The notes under the pieces are model-generated. The model was given only the letters and a program-made list of their open reading frames with translations. It searched no databases and was not told the origin of the DNA. From Balanoglossus misakiensis (Eukaryota; Animalia; Hemichordata), in NCBI GenBank assembly GCA_040954595.2, contig CM082595.2:643690-707689 (forward strand): a stretch of DNA of 64,000 nt, written 5' to 3'. Each line of letters begins with the position of its first letter. Within the stretch, counting starts at the first letter, position 1. A program made the translations under genes and the position numbers. Positions 1 through 12,298 of the stretch are shown piece by piece.

Positions 1-11
1 TTCAATTTCAG

Positions 12-3000
12 ACCAAGAAAAGTCAATCTAACCAGAGTCGTTTTGCATTTTCTGAAGACGAGGACAGAGTAGTGGAAGGACACAGAGAAAATTCTGACAT
101 AGGTAATGCAAGCCAAGGTGAGATAGAGTTTTCTGGGGAACCAAAACCCTGGCACTTGAAATAAAACAACAAACTGTGCCACCATGTGAGAAGATAAAAG
201 CACCTCCATTTATCATCATCTTCATCATCTGCTGCTACTGTTTGTAAATGGTCTTTCACTTGCACTGAGGCAGGCGACGAAAAAACAGGTCTTTGTGAGA
301 TTTCAGAGTTTAGTTTGAAAGACAGCACTAAAGGTCATTTCGGTTAGTTTTGACATTTGCCAGGTTTCGAATTGCTTTGTAAATGAAATGACTTTTATTA
401 AAGTATGTATATGATAGATGATTTTTAGTTTCATTAAAACTGTGCATACTTTATTGTTCAGCTTTGAAACAACTGTCTCTAGATTTTATAAACGTTGAAG
501 AACCGGACCTTTCAATGACATTATACCTATTAAAAGAATAACTATTAGGTTATTTTACGAACATAGTGCTTTCCTTCCAAAATTCTAAGACTCACAAAGA
601 TTGTTAAGTCAAAGGTTCTAGTGTCAAGACACTATCTCACTTTGCCAAGGGTCAAAAATCACTGTGTAACATGTGTTGTTGAGATGTCTGTCAATCTGTG
701 TATCTGTCTTCACTATTCGTCTACTCTGCTAAGAGGGCCATTAGTTGCATGCCATTTTCACGTGTACATCCAGCTGGTATGTTCTGATCTTACACTCCTT
801 AGGAAGAAAGATTATTGTCTTGAGGGTCAGATGGGATTATTATTACTGAGAAGCAGATTAAGATTATCCATTCTCAGGGCTAGATGAGATTATTGCTGCC
901 AAGTGACAGGTGTTTAACAAGTTCAAATGCTTTTCAAATCTCTTAATTCTTTTGGAGGTATTGTAAATTGTAAAGTCGATATCAAGGATCAAATTTCCGT
1001 CATAAGATACTTAAAAATTGTACAATAAGGTATAGGATAGACTAACACTATCACAAATGATAGCACATATTTGGAGACGTGGTAAGTACATGTATATGAG
1101 GAGCTGGTCTGAAATCCCACTGTCTTGAACCCTTTCACCCCCACTTCCCTGTATAGAGGTCCAACTTTACCATAGAAAACAATGGGTTTGGCCTGAACCA
1201 TGGTGGTGAGAGGGTAAAACTAACACATTAGATATCCCTGACATGCTTATTCTTCTTTCCTACCCCACCACTCTATCCCATCATTGTAGAAGATTCCGCC
1301 TCTAGTAAACAGAATGCATCAACAGACAGTAAAAGTAGGTAACCAAAAACAGCCAAAGTATCCATTCGTCTCACGCACTCTTTCGCTCACTCTTTCTCTC
1401 TATCACCACAAACTGCTATGAGGCCTCGTTTGATTTTGGTTACTCTGTTTTGCTGTACAAGAGCATTCACAGTTTCTTTACCGAATATACTTTCCCGAAG
1501 TTTTCCATATGCATGCATGTTCGTTTTATGTTTGTCATGTTCTGTGTCTGGTATTGAGGCAGGGTTATCACATACGCTTCACAAATAATGAACTCTGCCA
1601 TTGCTAGTCAAATCACTGATTATTTGCTCTCAAGCTTTGTGCAAATTTTCCATGTGATTGAAAGTTTATCATGCACATTTTTCTTTTGCAAGTATTCAAT
1701 TTTAATTTTGTTTAATATCTGCAGTATCAAAAATCTGTCTTCTATTATGGCCGAAGTAATATTTCAGCTCCTCAAAAACTGTTATTCAGTTGATGTGGTT
1801 GGGAGAATGTAGAATTAAGAACCCATTTATGATTTTATGGACAACAAAGTGTTAGCTCAAAAAAGTTGCAGAAATCATTGGATTTCTTGTTTCTAAGATG
1901 ACTAGGTTTTATTTTAGAAGCACAGGGTAATAGCACGAACATCAACTTTGTATTTTTAGAACTTGAAGAAAAATCTGATGAAGCTGAAACTAAGAGTTTG
2001 AAAGAAGAAAACACAGTCCCAGTTGTGGATGGATGTGAAAGAGATCATTTGAAAATCGGATCCACATTTACCTTCCGAGTGACCGTGTTACAGGCATCTT
2101 CAATTTCCACGGAATATGCAGATATATTCTGCCAGTTTAAGTAAGTAAAATATGTATGAGAACCATTTGTCTGTTTTTGAAATGTGTATGAGTGATGTTG
2201 TGTTTTTAATATATAAGTGGCATATATGAAGATATCAAAATTATGAAAATCAGTTTGAATGATTTGGACACGCAATTCTATATACTCTTTGTCATGAGCA
2301 AGTAAATTGTATATTGTGTGACTGACAATACAGTGTGTCTGAACATGGAACATGGGTGATATATTTTTACTTTTAAAAATAACTGAAACATTCAAAATAT
2401 AGAGAAGGGGTCATAATGAAGATGAGACCATGAACTTCAAGCAGGAAATGAAAAAGGTTTGGTAAATAAAGTTTGATGAGATTGTCTGAACCAATGCTGG
2501 CATGTCAAACTATTTTCAGTTTTCTGCATCGTCATGACGAAGCATTCTCCACTGAACCTCTGAAGAATTCAGCTACAGGTCCTCCGTTAGGATTTTATCA
2601 TGTTCAGAATGTAAGTCAGAAAGTGATTGGCTGCCGACACTGTCTTAGAAGTTAGACATCATATCATTGGCTAACCAGAATTTAACGGCTTCATTGTAGC
2701 TGGCTGCTTTTGTCATCATAGATTGACTCTTAAGAAACCTGTCAATAAGAAAGTGCTATGAATAAAGTTGTCATGCAGATGAAAAACATACTTTTAAGAA
2801 TCTACAAATTAAAAAGAAAGCAAGATGCATTACAAACTTATGGTCTAGTTACTTTTCTGAGTGAAATGTTGTTAAGTGGTCATGCCGAGTGTCTGGCAAA
2901 AGATTTGATCGAAAGCAGAAGCAACAAAGAAGTATTATTTTCATAGGTGAAGCCAATGATTTGATTCTGAAAACTAAGTACAGATGTTGGGGGCAAGGTA

Positions 3001-6000
3001 AAAGCCAGAGATAACTAATGTGTCTGATGGCTTATGGTTGTTGGAACACATTTCAGCAAAGTATATTTCAGCTGATATCATGACTTGAAATTTGAATTCT
3101 GTCCCCCCAAAAATTTGAGAATGTTTTCACATTTCAAGATCAGAATTGGTTGTATCAAAGACGTGAGTACCATCAGATCAAACTGCTACCACAGTTAGTT
3201 TTTTTGTGTGATCTAAAGGCTGAAATGACTTTGATGATTTGTGTTGCTGAAACGCAGATATTAACAATGGCGGGTTAGTGGAGCGACGTAGTGAGTGCAT
3301 GATACGCCAATGGTTTTCCTTTGGCTCCATCTTTCCCTTTCCAGCTTTCTGCACTGTCACGAGGCGTTCACTACTGAACCATTGAAGAACACCGGCAAAG
3401 GACCACCGCTCGGGTTCTACCATGTGCAGAATGTAAGTTTCCTGGGTCCGGAAACAGTGAAATCACGGAATGCACATATTTTGTCTCAGTTGCTCACGTC
3501 AACTGTGATCCTAATTCATACAAATAGCCTAATCATAATTAAGCCTTAATGGCTGAGGATAGGATACCCATGTACGTGCAAATGATCGAAAAAATGTTAA
3601 ATTTTACCCAGTTAACTCCAGTAGTGATGATAGTAGACTAGTTGTAGCTTGCATTAAACCCCAAACTGTAGAATAAGAATATTTCACTGCTAAATTAATT
3701 TTAGTGACCTTTCCAATACAAGTTGTATTAGGGGAAAGGGTATACTGATTACACTACACTGCATGTTGTAGATAGATATAATACTTGTCCTCCCCTCACC
3801 CATATGTTGTGTAAAATAGATTCTTTAACTTGCTGGCTTTCTCAAGTTGGATTATCTTTCAAAAATCTCTGTAGAATGAAACATGATTAGGCTATCTTTA
3901 TGAAAAAAAGGATAACGTTTTTACAGAAATTCAAAATTTGGAATTTATGATTTGGATTTGTTTTATTACTTCAGACTGGCTTCGAGTGGACCGTGCATGT
4001 CTCGGCTTTTGTGGTCGTCTGCTGTAGAATTTGCTTATGCATGCTACACTGCTTCTCGAGTTGTCATTTTCATCTCCACGCTTTTTCCTGTGCATGATGG
4101 CTGAATCTATTCCTAACAAAGCCTGGGTTATGCTTTATTGAAAACTAAACATCAGTCTTGGTGTTTATCTTCATGAACTCGGCCTTATATGATCATGGTC
4201 GAAACTCCACTACCAATGGTACACATTGTGCCAAAATATTCATGTCAGGGTGGAAACTTGTGACAAGTGCAGAAAGCTTGCTTATGGCAGCATGAAAGAA
4301 TTTTTCTTTTTCAATTTCTTTGCTCATATTTGTTATGAATGTCAACTTTTTTGCCCACGTGTGTTTGCGCTTGTGTGTGCGTGGTGTTGGTAACTTCCCA
4401 TCCTGGTCATGTGAAATTTTAATCTGACAACTTTTTGACTGGCGTACCCGTACCTTTGTGAACGAACCTTAGTGATTGTGTGACTTCGCAGACTCAACTG
4501 ATGTTATGAACTGTATTTTCTGAAATAGTTCTACTTCAAAATTGAACCCTTCATTTACCCAATCACAATTTAGGTCTTATAAGGTTATCATAATGAAACC
4601 CTTTGCTTATCCAATCACAACTTGCCTTTTATAGATCACTGTCACTGTCACCCAAGCGTTCATTGACTACATCCAACACCAACCGATTGTCTTTGAAGTT
4701 TTCGGTCACTACCAAGCCCATCCGTTGCATTTCCACAGCGAACTTGTCACCAGCAGGTGAGTGTTGGCTAAAATTTATTTCCAGCATCTTGGAATTCGCA
4801 AGGGGTTGTGGTACGTAGCCACATCGTTGATCGAGATACGTTCGAGCGCAAGAATTGCATTCACCATCCTCCTGATATCACTTCACTGCAGATCTGTCTT
4901 ACATACTGGTATTTGTCACACACCGTGATCAAAAATGACAGCGAGTGTAAACGTTCATGATTTGCATCAACAGAAAAGTGATAAATTTTTCTTTTACAAG
5001 TGATATATCTTGTTTCTTTGTCAGGCTTCGACCAATCCAGAAGAGGCATTTCCCAATGACATTGCCCCTGGCTAGACCTGGTGAGTATCTCAACTATCTT
5101 GTCTAAATTTAAAATGTGTCTAAAAGTAGTTGTGATAGTCTGTGTATGAATACATGTCTGGTTCCAAACCTGATGTTTTTCATAGTGAAATGGCACCTTC
5201 ATAAAGAGAAATGAGGTTGAAATGATTATCTGCTTTCTTTCAGTTCCTTCACCCAGAGTTGGTTTGATCAGCTGCCCAGCAAGCTTAAGTCATCTGCACA
5301 GTAAATTTGATCTGCTCGTCTGGTTTGAAATCTGTGAACTTGCCCAGAATGGAGAGTAAGTAAACGAACTTTAGTGCGTATGATAGTTGTGTTGAATTAC
5401 TTGGACTGAAAATTGACATATTCATTGCTTGTTTTAATTTTCATTCAAACATTCTTGTCATGATTAATTCACCCTTCCTCCTCTCAAAATTAAAGGTTTT
5501 TGTCATCTTTGTGTTTGTAGGTATGTCCCTGTTGCAGTTGACCACAGTGATGAGATGCCTTGTGGAGGAATTTTCCTGTTGCACCAAGGAATTCAGAGAC
5601 GTTTATCTATCACAGTCATCCATGAGACATCATCGGATTTGAGCTGGAAAGAAGTCAAGGAACTTGTTGTTGGTGAGTGACTGCTGGAACGTTACAAGGT
5701 CACTTACAGTAATATGTTTGAAGTGTCATGCCCACTGGAAAAAAACATTCTCTTATGGCACTATACATATCTTGGTGTTCACTGCTCTAACTATAAATAT
5801 TTTGTCTCATAACAGGTCGCATACGTTCCACAGTGGAAGTGAATGAACCTGACAATGAACTATCAGTGTTGTCATTGAACTTGTTACCAGCAAGGTTCAC
5901 ACCACATCTGGGAGATGACAGGTACACTATGTTTCACCAACTTCAAGTTTTATGACTGATATTTTCATTGTGGGAGGACTTGATCCATTTGTATATTTTC

Positions 6001-9000
6001 ACTAATTGGTGACTTGTTTCTTGACAGGACAATTTTCCGATTTGAAGCGGCCTGGGACAGTTCATTGCACAACTCTGTGCTTCTGAATCGTGTGACTCCG
6101 TACGGTGAAACTGTCTACTTAACTCTGTCTGCATACCTGGAAGTGAGTTCTGCTCTAGTGTTTATATTCTCAGTTTCTCAAGTGTACAGAATGACTGACA
6201 CTTGCATACACAACCAGTTATGGGTAGAGACTTCTCATTATGAGTAGAAATATTGTTATCAACATTACACACAGAAAGAAAGAGCGCCGTTCTTGGTTAT
6301 TGGAACATAGACAGTCTCTTTTGTCCATGTATAAATTACAGGTGACAGTATCCCTTTAAAACTTGTTTCTCTTTTCATTTACAGCTGGATACGTGTTCCC
6401 AGTCAGCATGTATCACCAAAGATTTCTGTCTGCAGATCCATGAGAGAGATGCCAAAATAACTCCACCACGATCTCTGCGAAGCCTCTTTGGTAGTGGTCT
6501 GTACAAAGCCAGCGACAGGTACTGGTTGAGTTTCGCTTGCCGTGACAAAATCGCTGCCACTTGTGGTCAGGTTGTTGTCTCAGGCCAGAAACTATATTTA
6601 TTCCTATTTATACACATTGAGACTTTTCATCTATAAGACCCCTCAGGGATATATTCAGTAATCTGTTTGGTTTTATGATGATTATTATTTTGGTGGCGAT
6701 AATTTTGAATGGTGGAGGATAATGTTGATGGTCATGGCTTTTAGGGGTGTGGTGTTGGACATGAAACAGGTCCTTTCATAATAAGAAAACTTCTTAAAAT
6801 TTAAGAATATTATTAGAGCTTGTTAAGAAGGATGGTGATAGATTACAGTCTCAAAAATTTACATTTTTCATGTGGTTTCTCTCAAATGGCAGCAAATTCA
6901 TATTTGGAAAGGACCTGTTTCTTGTTCTCTTTCTCTGCTAAATGGCAATTCATTCCTGTGTCTTTCACTGTCAAGAATCAAAAGGATTTCAAAGTCATTC
7001 TCATTTCATAACTAACATGCTAATGGTTGGAGTGCTGTGGCTTCTAACGGTTACTGCTGATTGGTAAGAAATCCAAATTTAGAAACGAGACAAAAAGAGT
7101 CAAGTGCCCGGTCTGTTATTCTGTCCTTTTTTCTAGCAACAGAGTGACTGGTGTCTACGAGCTTGCGTTGAGAAGATCATGTGAATCTATGAGTCCAGGT
7201 GAGTCTAGATTGATGTACACCTCCAACATTTGCATGATGTCATTGTTCTTTTATACCTTGATGTAGAAATAAGTTCTGTTTCCCCATTGGTAGATGATCC
7301 ATGCTAGCTAGAGGGTTAAAGAAAAAGACCGGTTCAGTTTTGCCATGTGGTCAGTTGTTTGCAAAAGATTACTTGCTGTTATGATACACACTTACACACA
7401 GACAATTTTTATGTTTGGTGTGACTGGTTTCAAAACAGTGAGATAATAGAGGAAATAAAGAAGAATTATTAATACCAGGTACAAGAAAAGTGCCAAGTAT
7501 ATGATTAAGCTGACTGTATCAAATGGCAACATGGCATTACTTGAGCTGGTCCAACTTGTAGTTCCCCACCCATCTAAAAAAAACCAAGATAGAAAAACTA
7601 GATTTCAATCCAAGTAAACACTTGTATGCAATACAACATGTGCCTATGTGTATATGTGTGTATGTTGTGATTAGTTGTGTCTGCCAGCACTTAGCTTCCA
7701 CCATGGCCATTTAAATATTAAAACTCACAACCATTTCTTGATTTTAATCACGTTTAACTAGCAATATATCAATATGTTGTTAGTCTCTGATGTGGTAGTA
7801 CATCTCTCTCTCTTCACAATCGATAACCTATCAATAGTTTCATTCATTTCATCCATTTGCATTTTTTAAATCATGTTTGCATTATTTTTAATCATGTTTG
7901 CATTAATTTCATTATTCTGTTGCATATCGCTATTTTCATGAGATAGCCTAATTGACATACTGCACACGGAGAACATTTTCCTCAGTTTAATCAGTGTCGT
8001 TACATGCCCCAATTACTTCAGTACATCAGAACAAATGCATCACAGAATTTTGTTCGGTTTTGGATTAGCATCAGCATTTTCTGTTCATAAATTCTTGTAT
8101 TTACTGTTTTTGGTTTCATGTATCAACACACGTTATACGTAAATTAATTTTGTATTTCTTTTCAGCTTTAGAACGTTGTTTTAGTTGACTGATTGCCTCT
8201 CCAAAAATTGTGGTTGAATACTTGTAGTAGTACATTTATTTCAGTGTAGAAGGTCGGTTGAATACATGTATGTGCATTGTGTATTAAAGAGACAACGTGT
8301 TTCCTGATATCGTTGGCCCCGTCTTCAAGTCTAAAACACAAAGAATCGAAGATCAATTTCAAACTTCTCAAGTGGGGTATCTTCATTGAAATCTGCTTTT
8401 CAAAATGTCACCAAAGCGGTGAATATAAAATTTCCCCAGGAATTCTTTTTAATTTCAGTTCTTACATTTCATTTGCTGTTAAGTTTGCTCATATCTTCAT
8501 CCAACAAGCTGATTTGTTTTGAAACTTCATTTCCAAACTTTGCAGCTGTAAGGTTGTGGCCGACTGATTTCACTAAGTGCATGTTAAAAGTTGCCATAGC
8601 TGACCGAATAGAATTTGATTGTTCGATGTCAACATTGCATGTAAAATATTTGGCTGTCTTCTTCTTAGTTTCATTTCTTAGTTCTTAGTTGGTGTTGGTA
8701 CATACATTTCTTCTTTACTTACATTTCGAAACCAACTTTTTCTTTTCTGCCTGCTGCTGGAAAATCTTTATTTTTCTCAAACTCGCAAAAACACTCTGGG
8801 ATGACTCGGTCTCCTGGCCTTTTGACAAAACATACACACATTATATAGGCAAGTGTTATAGCTATTACGATATGCGGGATGTAGTTGAATCATCCATTCC
8901 CTACAACTCACCAATTAAACACAGCGGTAAGAACAACGATTACACTCGGTTTATTTCTTTTTTTATTTGTTAGCGTTTTGTTGTTCGTAGGTGGCATCCA

Positions 9001-12000
9001 TTACCACATATTTTTGCATGCACTTTAGCAGTAGATGTTCGATGCAGCTGGTTTGTCCTTTTTCCCCAGGATGCACATAGGCACATGCATTTCCCATGAG
9101 TCAAAGTTTCTTTATGGATTGACAACAGATATCATCTATTCTCTCTTCTCTCTATTAGCAAGCATGATCTATTCCTCTACCTTATCTCAAAGTTCCACTG
9201 TTACTATCATGCCTGCATGTGGATAAAATCAATAGATTTCATGTTGTCTTTTTATGACCAGTTTACCTGTTTGTAGGTTGTCTTCTTTGGATTTGTGTCT
9301 TTTTGATGTTAAGAGTCGAATTGCTTTTAGCGATCTTTTACAGGAGACTGCATTATGTACAATAACAATATGCATCGGAAGTACAATATTTTCCTAGCAT
9401 GTCTTACCATGATAACACTTCTAAACATCTTCAATTCTGTTGAAGAAAACCAGATGTTACATTTCTCATTAGGCCTCTGACCCCTAAGTGACTGTACATC
9501 CTCGTATTTTGTTGGTATGACATCATACATCTTTCAGTGTTACATACAACATTCACACTTTTGTAACAGACAGTATTCAAAAGTTTTTCTGGGATGAGTT
9601 GAAATGCACAGATTCAAGTTGATACACACATAATATTTCTTTCTTGGACCCGGTTTAACTTGTACGGATGAAAGTAAAAAGAGACACAATTTTAAACTTA
9701 AAATACCGTTTAGTGATAAATTGAGCAGATATTGAAATATTCCGACTGTCTCTCTGTGGTTGATCCATAGAGAGGGAAATGGGGTGTTGGACTAATCTTC
9801 ATTTTATCCCTGTTTCATTGAATTAACACTAACATTTACATTGCATGTAAATTACAGTGTATCATACAATAGAATAATGCATCTACATGTATGTTATACA
9901 TTATCAGGAACTTTACGAAGGTTACGCAAGGTGATCGACACATCTGGTACATATGTCCGTGGTGAGGAGAATTTACAGGGATGGCGACCACGTGGAGATT
10001 CCTTGATCCTGGAACATCAGTGGGAATTGGAAAAGCTGGTCAGACTGGAAGAGGTAAGTGTTTTCATTCAGTACATTGTATGTATGTGTGTACATGTATG
10101 TATGTGTGTGTGTGTGTGTGTGTGTAATGGAGTTGTACATTCTGGTCTGTATGTAAGAGTGAAAGTGATCCTATTTTATCGCTATTTTGAGCTTGTATAA
10201 AAGAGCTCCTTCTAATGATTTGCTTAGGTTATGCCAGCACTGTGTTAGAAGGGGTTAGCACATTGCTAGCATTTTGCTAGGTTTTACTATATCTGTTATG
10301 TATCTTATCAATTATTTGAACAGGTTGAGAAAGTTCGTCACATGCTCCTTCTGAAAGACAAACTCGGCCAAGAGAAAGAAAATCTGCCGGTGGAAGACAC
10401 TAACACAGAAACAGCAGCTGCTGGTACACCTGTTACCCCCGACAACCGAACTGTCGAACCACCAACACCACAAGACGAGAAGTTCATCGACATGAGCGAA
10501 AAGAATGACGATAATGAAACCAAAGAAAAGGAACTGATCACCAGGTGTTTGAAACTGATCATGCAAGGAGTGAACACAGCTCATCCACCTGAACTGAAGG
10601 TAACATAGACACACGACACGGACATTGACACACACATACACTACATGGACAACATATTTGGGTGATTTTGCTTCGGGAATATCGGATTCATACTTGCACT
10701 CACAATTTCAGACCTCGCTCCTAGAAGTTTTCATTCATCACATCTTCTAGGTCCGATACCTTCTCAGCTCTCAATATTAACACTAAGTCTGCATAGATAA
10801 TTTATCATGGTGCATGCAAGGTTTTTCAATAACTACCGGTCTAAGAAACCAGTCTGTGCCTGATTTGGCTTACAGTGGCTTTTGACATTGTTAGCTGCAT
10901 TCTTTCGATCTCCACTTGTAGTCTAACATTCTAACCAATCTTTATTTAACCCATCTGTCATCTCACACCAATCCCTCTTGGTTTGTGTGGATGTTTTCTT
11001 GTCTACTTCATTTCATCCCTTTGGTATGTGTGCATGTTGTGTCTTGAATTTATTCCAACAAATCTCAGATAACTGAAATTCCCATTGATGATGACATACA
11101 GACTCCGGAAGAATTTGTCACAGAGATTCCATCACAGCGAATTCCATCGCCGCGGTGTTCACCTCTGAGCACTCCGGAACCCATCCGGAAGAGTGCAACT
11201 CAGCCGGATTTGAGATGCTTGTCTCCAGTGAGGGATGGTGCAGTGCCCATCGATGCTGAGTTCCCTGAAGGCAGAAAGAAGAACGATTCTAAGAAACACA
11301 TGTTTGTTCCTGAAGTGGAAGAAGTGAGGGTCAGGTATGAGCAGATGACCATTCTTTGTCAGTTCACATTCTGTTCCAGAAAGCAGCAAACTTTAGCCAA
11401 GTGTATCTCTACTTATACATCCATTAAAGACTTTTAATCAGAACATCTTCAATTAGATTTTGTAATTCACCATTTTCTAATTCTGAATGCCCACTTTTGT
11501 GTACAGTCCCATTGTTTCCAGAAAAGGTTATTTGAACTTTCTGGAGGAGAAGACCAGTGGATGGCAACGTCGCTATGTTGTTGTGAGACGTCCCTATGTC
11601 TACATCTACAACCATGAGAAAGATCCTGTGGAACGTGGACTTATAAATCTCTCCACAGCACAGATTGAATATAGTGAAGATGCCCAGGCTATGCTGAAGG
11701 CAAGCTGTTTTCTTGGTCTTTATCTTGTGTTGTTCTTTCTTGTGTTTTTCTCATGATTTGAATCTCCATAAATAAGATTTGCGAAGCATCATGCTCTGAG
11801 TTGCAACATTGACAATAATAATGTGTTTCCTGTTTTCCATCCAGACTCCAAACACTTTCTCCGTGTGTACAAAGTTCCGTGGCTTCCTACTACAGACAAA
11901 TAGCGACAAAGAAGTTCATGATTGGCTATATGCATTCAACCCACTACTGGCTGGCTCCATCAGGTAAGCATTGCATCAAGCTGATCTTTCTGATATCAAA

Positions 12001-12298
12001 AAATATCCCATTATGACTTGACACATTTCTTGTAGATGCTGCTGAAAAAAATGAGTTTCTCCCATCGATATTGTAACTGCTACATTGTGTTTTCGCTACG
12101 TTTGCGCAGTTTGAGGCAGTCCCTTTCACAGTTCAATCCAAACCCAGTATTTTCTGTGGTAAGGTTGGACGTCTGTAGAGGGAACTGGGGGTGAAAGAGT
12201 TAATGTTCGGTGTTCATGTACACGTAACTCAGATATCATTCTGTTTTAATTTCAGATCCAAATTGTCAAGACGCAGAGCCACTCAAGTCCGAATCTAA
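12..12298 (+). CDS. KIF1A/B: Kinesin-3 KIF1A/KIF1B (unc-104)-like motor, 3' portion (stalk to C-terminal PH domain); 5' exons lie upstream of the window
   Basis: Exons read from AG/GT sites: 12-102, 1918(or 1960)-2140, [2520-2610 or 3345-3432], 4635-4756, 5025-5080, 5244-5355, 5521-5672, 5816-5921, 6028-6142, 6385-6518, 7137-7198, 9908-10053, 10324-10599, 11069-11334, 11507-11699, 11845-11963, 12256-12298 (TAA). Peptides [78 protein letters not shown] domain [15 protein letters not shown]...[22 protein letters not shown] are recognisable KIF1A/B sequence. Confidence 0.96.
1126..1218. mobile_element. Copy of the same ~85-bp MITE (KIF1 intron)
   Basis: ccctttcacccccacttccctgtatagaggtccaactttaccatagaaaacaatggg...ggtgagaggg; opposite orientation to the 34956 copy. 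Confidence 0.75.
2520..2610 (+). CDS. KIF1A/B: KIF1 alternative exon A (91 nt), [30 protein letters not shown]
   Basis: ttttcag acceptor, gtaagt donor; phase 2 to 0, matching flanking exons 2140 and 4635. Confidence 0.9.
3345..3432 (+). CDS. KIF1A/B: KIF1 alternative exon B (88 nt), [29 protein letters not shown]
   Basis: Strong pyrimidine tract plus ccag acceptor, gtaagt donor; same phases as exon A; paralogous peptide with many synonymous differences. Confidence 0.85.
12121..12203. mobile_element. MITE copy (last KIF1 intron)
   Basis: ccctttcac...aggttggacgtctgtagagggaactgggggtgaaagagttaa. Confidence 0.7.
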
